Shown here piece after piece: positions 51,271 through 61,150 of a stretch of 64,000 nucleotides of DNA (within the stretch, counting starts at the first letter, position 1; each line of letters starts with the position of its first letter). A model generated the notes under the pieces. It was not told the origin of the DNA and searched no databases. It worked only from the letters and a program-made list of their open reading frames with translations. The DNA is from a virus. The position numbers and the translations under genes are program-made. The stretch is from the IMG/VR virus record IMGVR_UViG_3300020046_001459, positions 3,750 through 67,749 of that record, one strand, 5' to 3'.

Positions 51271-51497
51271 CTAATGCTTAAATTTTTGTATTGTTGAGCT
51301 ATATCAGCAGATAGCTCTTCTGCCTCACAATTCTCTTCTATCCTATCCAGATCCACATCAATGTCATATAATCCCTTCAATTCTTTCTGTATCTTCTTAT
51401 AAGATATGCTTTTGTAATTATGTATTTGTTGTATTGTGCTGATATATCCTCTGAGCGTTGTAGAGGATATATCATCTGGATTTATTGTTTTGGACAT
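51267..51497 (-). CDS. hypothetical protein (76 aa)
   Basis: ORF, coupled. Confidence 0.4.
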   Translation of the reverse strand: MSKTINPDDISSTTLRGYISTIQQIHNYKSISYKKIQKELKGLYDIDVDLDRIEENCEAEELSADIAQQYKNLSIR

Positions 51498-51513
51498 AAG
51501 TTAGTTTGTTTAG

Positions 51514-52701
51514 TTAAATTATTGTTTTTAATTGATCTATTGAGTTTATCCAATAGACGTTGGATTGGTCAAAATCCTTTTGGGATTTCCTAAGCCACTT
51601 CTCGTCCTGAGTACCTTGGATATATAAACGTATCATAATAGGCTTCTTCCCCTCTACATATCTGCAAATACGTCCTGTTTGTTGTATAAGATCTCTAGCT
51701 ACTGATGAGCCAGATAACTGTATACCTACTTCAAGATTATTTATAGATACTCCTTCATTTAACGCCTTAACAGTACTTATAAACCTGATTCTGGTTCTAC
51801 CATCTTCTAAACTAGCTATAGCAGCCAATTTCTCTCTCTTCTTGAGTTTAGAATGATAGACTAAACTATCTGTTCTACCCTCTACCAACTTTTCACATTG
51901 TGCTATATCTGAAGAAAACAGTATACCATTTGATTCTGGGAACAAATCTAATATTTCCCTTGCGGTTTTTATTTTATTATAAGCTTTGTCTAATATAGAC
52001 TTGCGCTTCTTAATGCAAGCGTAAAATATGTTTGCCCAGCCCTTTTGTTCAGGAGTACCATTAGCTCTATATATAGTAGCCATACGAAAAGCTTCATATG
52101 GGCCACCTAATAGGTGTTCATAGTAGTTATAGTTCCTCTGCACCTTCTTTAATTCAGCTTCCTCTTCTTCACTTAGTTTAACAGCATAATTCACAAATTT
52201 AAAAGCTGACACCACACCATCTTTTGCAGCCTGTGAAATATTATATGTGTAAACTGTTGGTCCTAGTCTACTCTGAGCTACTTTTAAAGAATCATCAATC
52301 GTTGCACTTAAGCCTAGGAAATACCTATAGGCATTATTTTCAAAGAACTTAAAATATTCATAAGCCTCACCCTGCTTATACAGCATTCTGTGAAGCTCAT
52401 CACATACTACTAAAGTCCAATCAGTATTTGTCCATTTATAGACAGTCTGAATGCACTCTATAGTACAATTTGCTAGTAGTTTAGTTTCTCCGAATTTAGC
52501 AAAATCTTCTGGAAAAACTTTATCCCGTATTAGTTCTGTTGGAACTATTATTAGGATCTTAGCATCTGGGAACTTATTCACCACAGCTCTAATTACCATA
52601 ATGGCTATGCGTGTTTTACCTGCTCCTGTACAGAGCTCCAGAACTGATCTGGTGTTAGCAGCCCACGCATTGTAGGCTAGAAGTTGAACTGTATCCCTCA
52701 T
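51514..52701 (-). CDS. SF2 DExH-box helicase
   Basis: Motif I CTGAGKT, II DELH, III SAT, VI QQTGRICR. Confidence 0.8.
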   Translation of the reverse strand: MRDTVQLLAYNAWAANTRSVLELCTGAGKTRIAIMVIRAVVNKFPDAKILIIVPTELIRDKVFPEDFAKFGETKLLANCTIECIQTVYKWTNTDWTLVVCDELHRMLYKQGEAYEYFKFFENNAYRYFLGLSATIDDSLKVAQSRLGPTVYTYNISQAAKDGVVSAFKFVNYAVKLSEEEEAELKKVQRNYNYYEHLLGGPYEAFRMATIYRANGTPEQKGWANIFYACIKKRKSILDKAYNKIKTAREILDLFPESNGILFSSDIAQCEKLVEGRTDSLVYHSKLKKREKLAAIASLEDGRTRIRFISTVKALNEGVSINNLEVGIQLSGSSVARDLIQQTGRICRYVEGKKPIMIRLYIQGTQDEKWLRKSQKDFDQSNVYWINSIDQLKTII

Positions 52702-52705
52702 AATA

Positions 52706-53707
52706 TTAATCTATTAAGTTATAATTATTATATACTGTAGGTGTATTACTATCTTTAATGAATTTATTTAGATATTTTGACCTAAAAGTTACTTGTCCTT
52801 CGACAGTCTTTATTTCAGGCTTTTTAATCTCAAACTTTTTAACAGGTAATAAAACCTCTGGTTTATATGTTTGGTTTAAATAACCATTCTTAATTGATTC
52901 TGCCCAATCCCTTTGCTCACTAATAGTCTTTAATTCTGGTAAATGTACCCCTGAGAAAAACTCAGATATACCAGATTTAATAACAACTTTTATCTTATTT
53001 GGATTAGTCATTATATTGAATAAATATTTAGTAACTTTAGTATGATTCATTGAAGTTATACTATCAGTTTCACAGTTTACCCAAAATTCAAATTTAGATA
53101 CATCTATAGGTAATCCAAGTAGATTAGCCCCTTTATAATAATCTATGTAGGTTTTATCTATCATTAACATTACTAAAGGTCTAATCTTAGAATCATTACC
53201 TAACACACCTCCAAATCCTTTACTTACAAAAAGAAAGCTACTACCTAAGATACCAGTATATAAACTTCTATACGATAGTGGTACAGATACTTTTGCATAG
53301 TTATTAACAAATATCTTACTTGTAATATTGTTAAACATAGCATGATATGCTATTGTTTTAGTAAAATTATTTGTATAAACAAAAGCTGAAGCATCATACA
53401 TACATGAATCATATGTATCTAAGTAGTTTGCAAAATTTCTAGCAGCTGTTCTTTTAGTACTCTCCAACTGATCATGATGAATGTCTTCTCTTAAAAGACA
53501 CTTAATAAAGTCAAAACTACCTCTAGTAGGAACACTCTTATTCGTATAATATAAATCAATAGATTCATAATCACCTAATGCGTTAGTATTAAAACTTGGT
53601 AGAATACATACAGGAACATGAGTATCTGTTGACTTTAATCTAAACAATGGAGAGGCTACTGAACTAGTGGACAGTGGCTTACATATAGTTAAATCACGTA
53701 GGTTCAT
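52706..53707 (-). CDS. hypothetical protein (333 aa), last gene of E1/JAB operon
   Basis: ATGA-coupled to E1-like gene. Confidence 0.5.
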   Translation of the reverse strand: MNLRDLTICKPLSTSSVASPLFRLKSTDTHVPVCILPSFNTNALGDYESIDLYYTNKSVPTRGSFDFIKCLLREDIHHDQLESTKRTAARNFANYLDTYDSCMYDASAFVYTNNFTKTIAYHAMFNNITSKIFVNNYAKVSVPLSYRSLYTGILGSSFLFVSKGFGGVLGNDSKIRPLVMLMIDKTYIDYYKGANLLGLPIDVSKFEFWVNCETDSITSMNHTKVTKYLFNIMTNPNKIKVVIKSGISEFFSGVHLPELKTISEQRDWAESIKNGYLNQTYKPEVLLPVKKFEIKKPEIKTVEGQVTFRSKYLNKFIKDSNTPTVYNNYNLID

Positions 53708-54426
53708 TTTATTTCAAAATTAAATAATGCTAATTGATAATCTATATTAAATGGTAATGCTCTGATAGGTGTCTTTAAATTAACTAAGAAGTTATTAAAA
53801 CCACTAACCATTAAACTTGCTATCATTGTTGAACAATGTGTAGTACCTTTATAGGAACAGTCTTCTAAAGCAACCTCAGAGTCATCAAATAATGTAGCTC
53901 TATATTGTTCTATTCTGTCTGTAGTGACAAAAAATACTTGACCTATTTCTGCTAGTAATCTACCATCAATAAATATAGCATCTTTACTATCTTTATATTG
54001 TGTAGCCCAAGCTTCAAACAAGATCTTCCTAGCCTCCATATTATCAAAACAAGAAAAGCAATATTTATCTATACTTACTGTATTTTCAGTTAATTCTCCT
54101 AGATCAATAAATTTACCATTTTTATCAATCATAGGATCTGCAAAATTAACCAATGATTCACACAAAGCTGTTGTCTTAAGATCTCCTATATTACCATGTA
54201 TATATAGCTGTGAAGCTAAATTAACCTCATCTACAGTATCTTTATCATAAACAAACAAGGTAACACCCTGTCTGGCTAAAAATAAAGCTACCCATGATCC
54301 TATATTACCAACACCACCAACAATAGCTGTTGCGTCCTTAGCTTGGTTAAACCAAGGAGCATTAGAAAATCTAGACTTTTTAACATCAATATCTTCAAGA
54401 ATTGATATAACTTCATTATTTTCCAT
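53704..54426 (-). CDS. E1-like ThiF/MoeB-family adenylyltransferase
   Basis: VGGVGNIGSWVALFLARQGV...DKDTVDEVNLASQ and CFDNMEAR motifs. Confidence 0.8.
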   Translation of the reverse strand: MENNEVISILEDIDVKKSRFSNAPWFNQAKDATAIVGGVGNIGSWVALFLARQGVTLFVYDKDTVDEVNLASQLYIHGNIGDLKTTALCESLVNFADPMIDKNGKFIDLGELTENTVSIDKYCFSCFDNMEARKILFEAWATQYKDSKDAIFIDGRLLAEIGQVFFVTTDRIEQYRATLFDDSEVALEDCSYKGTTHCSTMIASLMVSGFNNFLVNLKTPIRALPFNIDYQLALFNFEIK

Positions 54427-55609
54427 CTTTTTTACCTTTTTTAAGTTTTAAAAATGCTTTATCTAATCCAGCAATAGCTTTACTAAGCTGATTTTCATTA
54501 CTAAATTTATGTATCTTAGGTGTTTTTTTTGTTTCTACTGCAAAATCAGCAGGTTCATCCACGTCAATATACATATCAAATATATCAATGATTTTATCGT
54601 AAAATGGATATCCTGATAAACGATATTTATCTAAGCACATAATACATTGTTTAAAGAATGCATTATGATGTTCTATTTCTAGAGTATCTCCAAAAACAGC
54701 ATAGTATGTAGTATTTAGACCAAAATCAAAGGCATCCCAAAACATTAAATCAAAAGCTTCACCGTACTGTTTCTGCTCTTTCTTAATATGGTCTAGTACT
54801 TCTTTAAGTCCCTCTGCAGTTTTTGTATCTAGAGATAAGGCTTTACTTAAATAAGACTCTATTTCAGAAACTGTTTTAGGTATATAAGGATTTGATTTAC
54901 CAAAACCCTCTCCAAACTGCGCTCCTAGATTTAGTTGATTAGAAGGGGTGGGGAAAGAAGGTCTGTTAAAAGATGTTACTTTCTTTACTGCTTCCGCTTC
55001 TGTTTTAGCTTTTCTGATAGAATCATATCTATCAAAATCAAATGTATCTAATTCATACTCTATAACACAATTAATAGTAAGTAATTGTTTATCCAATGTA
55101 GGTTTACTATCCTCAAGTCCTTTAAAAGAAAGACCATGACTAAATTTATACTTAGTTTCAACTTCAATATCAGCAATAATTCCTATCTTAGCGCAGAAAT
55201 TACCACCATTTCTAAAGTTTACAATTAATGATAAGTAAAAATTATGTGCTCCTGCGTTAGATTTTAATTCTTCTGTATCAGTTCCACTGAAAAATGCCTC
55301 CATATCATGATGTGTATGGAGCATTCCCCACTTCATTGTTAGTGCTTCAGGATATTTCTGATAAAAGTCTACAATAGACTCATCAGGTGAAAACTCTGTA
55401 TATGCTGCAGAACCAATATCCATCAAATAGACACGTTCTGCCTTTAGTACTAGTGTAGCAGGATCATTAATATCCCCTGATACAATTTTATAAAATACTA
55501 ATCCACTCCACTCAATATTACCAACTTTATGGTGTAGGTATGACACCTGTGCTAATACCTCTTTAGAAATAATTAGTCTTGCTTTACTCTTAAATTCAAC
55601 TTGTTGCAT
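54416..55609 (-). CDS. JAMM/JAB (MPN+) metalloprotease with ~230-aa C-terminal extension
   Basis: IEWSGLVF (E..G.L) and HTHHDMEAFFSGTD = HxHx7Sx2D. Confidence 0.8.
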   Translation of the reverse strand: MQQVEFKSKARLIISKEVLAQVSYLHHKVGNIEWSGLVFYKIVSGDINDPATLVLKAERVYLMDIGSAAYTEFSPDESIVDFYQKYPEALTMKWGMLHTHHDMEAFFSGTDTEELKSNAGAHNFYLSLIVNFRNGGNFCAKIGIIADIEVETKYKFSHGLSFKGLEDSKPTLDKQLLTINCVIEYELDTFDFDRYDSIRKAKTEAEAVKKVTSFNRPSFPTPSNQLNLGAQFGEGFGKSNPYIPKTVSEIESYLSKALSLDTKTAEGLKEVLDHIKKEQKQYGEAFDLMFWDAFDFGLNTTYYAVFGDTLEIEHHNAFFKQCIMCLDKYRLSGYPFYDKIIDIFDMYIDVDEPADFAVETKKTPKIHKFSNENQLSKAIAGLDKAFLKLKKGKKDGK

Positions 55610-56909
55610 ATTCTTTATTATAGTATTCGTTTATTTTTGACTCTAAATGTAGTTTGGCATCTCTCAGCAAACTTTTAGAGATTTGGTAAGTAGTTTCACT
55701 TATTGTATTATCATCATATAGATGTGGTTCTTTATTAAACATTTTAGCTACCTTAAGTACTTCAGCAGATTTATTTGTACTACGAGTTACATTTAGTGCA
55801 TTATGTGATGTTATTAAATATTCTGATCCATCGTTATCTACGTTAACTAAATAATCTACTTCTGCATAACCAGCTTCCTGAATCTTTTTTAGGACAGATG
55901 CCTCTAGAGTTTTATCTATAGTAACCTTAAATTTATTTGAATTTTTTACATATACCACATTAAAATCAGAAGGACCATAAGAAGCATTACGTACATATAT
56001 TCTCACTCTTGAAGGTGCACTATAGTAGTCTCCACGCCTCTTAATATCTGATAATTTAATGTAAGGACCACCAGCTAGTGACTCATGTTTAAGATAATTT
56101 TGAATCATATGTATGAATAGTTCATACTTAAGAGGTGTAAATTTATTATGTAAGCGTAAATCCATATTCATGGCTGCTATTTCTGTAGAGCCCAAACAAA
56201 AGGAATTAAACTTAAATGTATCTACTTCTCTAGGTAGATGTGAATGTCTATAACCAACATTAGCTTCTGTAGATCCCCAAGATAATCTAGTTCCTTTAAT
56301 AAGATCTGATAAAATAAATATTTTCTCACCAGCATTATTATTTGATACTATAAAAGGAATCTTAACTACAATATCTTTTAAGAGACGTTCTGACGAAGGA
56401 TTACCATTACTAATTATAACTTCTGGATAAAGTAAATAAACATCTAACTTGTTTTGAGCTAAATTAATATCAAACCTACAATTATCCCCATGTGCTTTTT
56501 TAGTAATTTCCACTATAGAATCACTTAATTTTAATAGATCTGCATATTTGCTTTTATTTAACTCTGTTACAATAAGAGGATCAATTCTTGAACTTGAAAA
56601 AGTATCTAATGCATCATTTGCTGCACGTTGTAATTTTGTATATTCTTGATATAGAGAAACACTCTCATTTATACTAGAGATATCTATAGCTGATAAAACA
56701 CTTTTATCAACTTCTTTAGAGTTAAGATACTCTTTCCCACCATCATACCATAATAAGCGCACACCATCATTCTCTTCAAATAAAGTAAATACATCATATG
56801 ATGGAGATACAACTATGATATAAAAAGATGAATCACCACTAAATCTTTCTCTCAAAGACCAGGTTACTTCTGTTTCTTGTTTTACTTCTTCTAAAACTTC
56901 TAATTCCAT
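55596..56909 (-). CDS. hypothetical protein (437 aa), first gene of E1/JAB operon
   Basis: Overlaps JAB gene start by 14 nt; contains YRHSHLPREVDTFKFNSFCLG. Confidence 0.5.
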   Translation of the reverse strand: MELEVLEEVKQETEVTWSLRERFSGDSSFYIIVVSPSYDVFTLFEENDGVRLLWYDGGKEYLNSKEVDKSVLSAIDISSINESVSLYQEYTKLQRAANDALDTFSSSRIDPLIVTELNKSKYADLLKLSDSIVEITKKAHGDNCRFDINLAQNKLDVYLLYPEVIISNGNPSSERLLKDIVVKIPFIVSNNNAGEKIFILSDLIKGTRLSWGSTEANVGYRHSHLPREVDTFKFNSFCLGSTEIAAMNMDLRLHNKFTPLKYELFIHMIQNYLKHESLAGGPYIKLSDIKRRGDYYSAPSRVRIYVRNASYGPSDFNVVYVKNSNKFKVTIDKTLEASVLKKIQEAGYAEVDYLVNVDNDGSEYLITSHNALNVTRSTNKSAEVLKVAKMFNKEPHLYDDNTISETTYQISKSLLRDAKLHLESKINEYYNKEYATS

Positions 56910-56938
56910 ATATAATATATTAAATAAAAAGAGTTAGG

Positions 56939-57163
56939 CTAATTGCCCAACTCTCTTTGTAATTTTTCGTATTCTGATATAATCTCTGCTTTATCTTCTT
57001 CCTCATCTTCTGATTCTAAGTCTGCTTGAGTATCCTCAAGGGCACTTATATGATCTTCCACAGCATCTTTAACTTCTGCTACAGTTTCTGCAGCAAATAG
57101 TGCTTGTGTAAATGAGTTCATTTGATTAGCTAAGATTTCTTTAAAATCTATTACTTCTGACAT
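56939..57163 (-). CDS. small acidic protein (74 aa)
   Basis: ORF; ends ..RELGN. Confidence 0.4.
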   Translation of the reverse strand: MSEVIDFKEILANQMNSFTQALFAAETVAEVKDAVEDHISALEDTQADLESEDEEEDKAEIISEYEKLQRELGN

Positions 57164-57399
57164 ACTTTCCCAGCTTTATTTTTAGCAGTAAACATATATA
57201 AAGTAAACTCACCTTCTGGAAGAGCAGCATCATTTACTTCTAATGAATTCTTTGTTTCTGCAACAATACCTTTCATATTATCAGTACTAATTCCATTAGC
57301 ACGTAAATCAGGTAATAAAGTTCCCCAAGTTCTTGCCTCTGACATAATTTCTACTGGCAAATTAGTGCTTGGATTCACTACTGTTATCTTTCTTGACAT
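57151..57399 (-). CDS. small protein (82 aa), possible beta-grasp/ubiquitin-like fold
   Basis: Alternating beta/alpha pattern KITVV..LPVEI..TWGTLLPDL..EFTLYMFT. Confidence 0.4.
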   Translation of the reverse strand: MSRKITVVNPSTNLPVEIMSEARTWGTLLPDLRANGISTDNMKGIVAETKNSLEVNDAALPEGEFTLYMFTAKNKAGKVCQK

Positions 57400-57414
57400 A
57401 TCTCTCTCTCTTTT

Positions 57415-57446
57415 TTATTATTTAAAAAGGGGAGGTTTCCCTCCCC
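57415..57446 (-). terminator. intrinsic terminator (- strand)
   Basis: GGGGAGG-tttc-CCTCCCC followed on - strand by UUUUUAAAUAAUAAAAAA. Confidence 0.6.
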
Positions 57447-57453
57447 ATGTTTA

Positions 57454-57726
57454 TTAGAACAAACTTTTTAGTTCTGCTAGATCTTTAATATCTTGCTCAG
57501 CATCAGCAACATCACGCTTAGCGTTAATCACTGCAGCAGGATTAAATGGTAAGCTTTTAAGTGCTTTATTATAACGATTCTTAGCGTCAGCTAAACGAGA
57601 CTTTGCACTCAATTCATCTGTCATTACTTGTAATGAAGCACGCTGTACAGCAACTTCTAATTCTGCTTTTTTCTCTTCTTTCTCATCCTTTGATAGGATA
57701 TCAATCAACTTTACGGTTTCAGCCAT
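57454..57726 (-). CDS. coiled-coil protein (90 aa)
   Basis: ORF. Confidence 0.45.
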   Translation of the reverse strand: MAETVKLIDILSKDEKEEKKAELEVAVQRASLQVMTDELSAKSRLADAKNRYNKALKSLPFNPAAVINAKRDVADAEQDIKDLAELKSLF

Positions 57727-57769
57727 TTTGTTTTGTTTTTATATTATTTAGGTGTGGTGATTTTATTTA

Positions 57770-58447
57770 TTAAATTGTATTTTTTAACGGGGTAGATACA
57801 AAACCCACTCTTTTATCTTTCTTCTTTAAAGTCCCTAGAGTAGACGTAATATCTTCTGTGTATGCAATAGTTGTAGGGCTAGCTTTAACACTACCAACTA
57901 ACTTCATAGCCATATTACCTTCTCTAATTACTCTTTCTAAATCATCATTCATATTTTTATTATTCATATTTTCTTTTGTTACACCGTCATTTGACAGTAG
58001 TTCTGGTAAGCTATAACACAGTGTTATACATTGTGGATTATTATCTAATGAAAATGAATCATATCCCTCACCATACACACTATTATTTCCATGACTAAAA
58101 TTTATATGATCACATATTCCCACACTAAGACAGTCTAAAGAAAGCCCAGCATGTTTATAAAAGGTATAACCTTTAGTAGCAGCCCAGTTGATTAAATCTG
58201 CTAATTCTGCATAACTTTTACATCTAACATAAAAATTTTCTTTAGCACTACTTGAAGTGCTATTAATAAATTCTTCTAATTCATTTCTTTTAAAAAAATA
58301 AAATGAACCATCCCTATCAAATCTAACTTTTATGGGATACTCATGATTATAATTCAAAGCGTCAATCTTTCCACTAAATCCAATATATGATATCGCAGTG
58401 TCATCATCTTCTGCACTTATTATTTTTACTCTATCTCCTACTTTCAT
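57770..58447 (-). CDS. hypothetical protein (225 aa)
   Basis: ORF. Confidence 0.5.
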   Translation of the reverse strand: MKVGDRVKIISAEDDDTAISYIGFSGKIDALNYNHEYPIKVRFDRDGSFYFFKRNELEEFINSTSSSAKENFYVRCKSYAELADLINWAATKGYTFYKHAGLSLDCLSVGICDHINFSHGNNSVYGEGYDSFSLDNNPQCITLCYSLPELLSNDGVTKENMNNKNMNDDLERVIREGNMAMKLVGSVKASPTTIAYTEDITSTLGTLKKKDKRVGFVSTPLKNTI

Positions 58448-58448
58448 T

Positions 58449-60335
58449 TTAAAATAATTCTAATTGTTTATTTATAATATTATCAATTTCTTTGTTACAC
58501 TCTTTAATATAAAAATCATAATTTATATCATAATCATCTGATTCTTGATACTTATTAAATACTGTAATTTGATATCCTTTATTAATCATCTCTGTACTAC
58601 CTTTCTTATAAACTTTAATAAAAGTAGACCCTTGATTAGATATGAAATATCTTACATTCTTTTGTTGTTTTAATACTTCTTTATAAGGTAATCTGCAATG
58701 ATTATACATTAATGTATGTGTTTCACCATAAGACTCTGATGTAAACTTTTGTCTACCACAAAAATCATATATGTTCTTATGATTTTTAATAGTCTGTTCA
58801 ACTGGAATATCTTTTACAAAGTATTCACTTAATGCTAGTGGAATTATTCTAAATGAATTGTCTTTATGTAATTCTTTATCTATTTCAAAAGCACCCTTAT
58901 ATTTACATTTACCATCAGTTTTAACAGCAATATAATTATTAACATCCCTTATTATCATTTTAGAATAATCTACAAATTCAAGATTAAGTTTGGTCTTGAT
59001 TTCCCAATCTTTACAGATTTCATAATAAAGATTAATCTGTTCTATATGTATCTTAACAGTTAGACCATCCGTATTAATTTGAAGCATTTGTAATCCAGGA
59101 ATAGTTACAACTAATTGTTCAGCTAACATAGATAACATCAATTGACCATTTAAAGTAATTTTCATAGTATACAAAGGATCCATGAGAAAACTAAATTTAT
59201 CATTTGATTTTCCATATACACTATTCAATGCTAACTTAAAAGCATCACTAATAGACATATTACCAGCTTTTTTAGCTTCAATACGTTGTTTTAAGATTCC
59301 TTCATAAATATCACAAAAAGATTTACCTAAATGTTCTGGATATAAACCATTAACCACAGCTATACTTGGATATAAGGATGCCACATCAGCATCTATAATA
59401 ACATATTCATCATCAGATTCATATATTCCTGGCTTTATACAACCATGAATTCCACCAGAACCATAATCATATTTAAATCCTTTATATATAACAGATTCAT
59501 CTATAGAACCTTTTGTTTCTGTTATGGTAGTATTATTAAAAGTATCTAGGATTTTATTAAATTCAAGGGTTTCAAATGATATATAATCAAATATACAATC
59601 TTTTAAATTAATTTGTGTTCTATTAGAGCGCATTTGTTTAACATCATATATATTTAATCCTGTTTTCTCACAATATAGTTTAAGTACTAATTGCTCACCT
59701 ATTTTACTATCAGGATAATTAGAACATCCTAAATTATAGCGAGCATCTAAATCTTTTCTAATAGCTATCTTATCTTTTGATAATTTATAAAACTCATATG
59801 TAGCTAAAACATCATTTAAATTATATTCTAGTATAGATGGTATTTCATCTAATGTAATATCTTCTTTAGTATGCTCAATAGGCATTTCCATTACATTAGG
59901 ATAATTCATGCTTATCTCTAATGCTTTAAGACTAGTACTTCTAGCCTTATTATTAAAATGCCATAATCTAAATAAATCTAATTGTTTAATTCTAGTATCA
60001 GACTCTTTAATAGTTACAAAAGCACCATTAATCTTATTTTGCTCAGTAATGATGCGTTGAGCTTCACTATAAGCTAATTTAATAATGTCTTTTGTATTTA
60101 CAGGAGCAGTTATTAATATTTTATGTATAACAGGGTAATCAAAACCAACATTATTAAATCCTATTTGTCCTTTACAATCTTGATCTAAATGCTCTAAAAA
60201 AGCAACAGAATCATCCCTGTCTTTATGTATAACATATTGAACTACTTCTTGAGTATCTATATTCATAGCACTATATGTGAAACATGAAGCTAAAGTTTCA
60301 ATATCATATACCCATATCTGACGATTTGTTATCAT
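58449..60335 (-). CDS. family B DNA polymerase with 3'-5' proofreading exonuclease (compact, 628 aa)
   Basis: Exo I VYDIETL, Exo II NNVGFDYPVI, Exo III YNLND; Pol motif A DADVASLYPSI, motif B KLALNSVYGKS, motif C-like QINTDGL. Confidence 0.85.
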   Translation of the reverse strand: MITNRQIWVYDIETLASCFTYSAMNIDTQEVVQYVIHKDRDDSVAFLEHLDQDCKGQIGFNNVGFDYPVIHKILITAPVNTKDIIKLAYSEAQRIITEQNKINGAFVTIKESDTRIKQLDLFRLWHFNNKARSTSLKALEISMNYPNVMEMPIEHTKEDITLDEIPSILEYNLNDVLATYEFYKLSKDKIAIRKDLDARYNLGCSNYPDSKIGEQLVLKLYCEKTGLNIYDVKQMRSNRTQINLKDCIFDYISFETLEFNKILDTFNNTTITETKGSIDESVIYKGFKYDYGSGGIHGCIKPGIYESDDEYVIIDADVASLYPSIAVVNGLYPEHLGKSFCDIYEGILKQRIEAKKAGNMSISDAFKLALNSVYGKSNDKFSFLMDPLYTMKITLNGQLMLSMLAEQLVVTIPGLQMLQINTDGLTVKIHIEQINLYYEICKDWEIKTKLNLEFVDYSKMIIRDVNNYIAVKTDGKCKYKGAFEIDKELHKDNSFRIIPLALSEYFVKDIPVEQTIKNHKNIYDFCGRQKFTSESYGETHTLMYNHCRLPYKEVLKQQKNVRYFISNQGSTFIKVYKKGSTEMINKGYQITVFNKYQESDDYDINYDFYIKECNKEIDNIINKQLELF

Positions 60336-60606
60336 CTGATTCTTGTTTAATTTCTTCTTTAATAGTCTCTACAGCTGCAGCTGCTTCAGTCATAGTCTGC
60401 TCTCTAATAGCAGCCATTTTATCATTAGCTAATTGTATTAGAGCCATCTTCTTAGTACCTCCTGGAGGATTATTAAATCCTGTCCAAATTGCTTTCAATT
60501 CTTCTAATGATTTATCTTTATATTCATTATAGAATTTTGTAAATGAGGCATATTGTTTAGCATTCAATATCTTCTTCTTATCTACTCCAAATTTATTTCT
60601 GCTCAT
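60304..60606 (-). CDS. hypothetical protein (100 aa)
   Basis: ORF overlapping polB start by 32 nt. Confidence 0.4.
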   Translation of the reverse strand: MSRNKFGVDKKKILNAKQYASFTKFYNEYKDKSLEELKAIWTGFNNPPGGTKKMALIQLANDKMAAIREQTMTEAAAAVETIKEEIKQESDDNKSSDMGI

Positions 60607-60607
60607 T

Positions 60608-61087
60608 TTATCTATATTTATTTTTTAATATTTTATCCCAATAACAAATTGTTTCTTCTTTTCCATTAGCATAATGAGCTGTCCATATACAAGGAAATTT
60701 TTCTCTTGCGTCTTTAATTCTCTCAATTGTTGACTTATTCTTATCAGTATTTCTACTATAATATAACCAACATTCCCAATAATGTGAGTTATCTGAACTA
60801 GGATTAAATTTAATAGCAATTTGCCATTTAAAGAATACAAAAGACCATATTGGATTCCATTCATGTCTATAATCATCAGCTTCCCATTTAGTTTTCCATC
60901 CTAAATCTATAAAATCAAAGCCTATTTTCTTTGGTATCGCTGTTAGATATCCTATCTTCTCTTTAGATTTAACCCATTTTCTAGGATAAAATATGGGAGT
61001 TCCATATCTAATCTTACCAATATAACATGTTGGTAAAATAAATTTAAACGGTGATAAATATATCTTTAAAAATGTAAAATTATTCAT
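60608..61087 (-). CDS. hypothetical Trp-rich protein (159 aa)
   Basis: ORF. Confidence 0.5.
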   Translation of the reverse strand: MNNFTFLKIYLSPFKFILPTCYIGKIRYGTPIFYPRKWVKSKEKIGYLTAIPKKIGFDFIDLGWKTKWEADDYRHEWNPIWSFVFFKWQIAIKFNPSSDNSHYWECWLYYSRNTDKNKSTIERIKDAREKFPCIWTAHYANGKEETICYWDKILKNKYR

Positions 61088-61104
61088 TGTTTTGTTTTAA
61101 TTTG

Positions 61105-61140
61105 TGTTTAAAATAAGGGGAATACTAATATGTACTCCCC
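61105..61140 (-). terminator. candidate intrinsic terminator (- strand)
   Basis: GGGGAATAC-taatat-GTACTCCCC (1 mismatch) followed by U-rich run on - strand. Confidence 0.4.
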
Positions 61141-61150
61141 TATATTTTTA

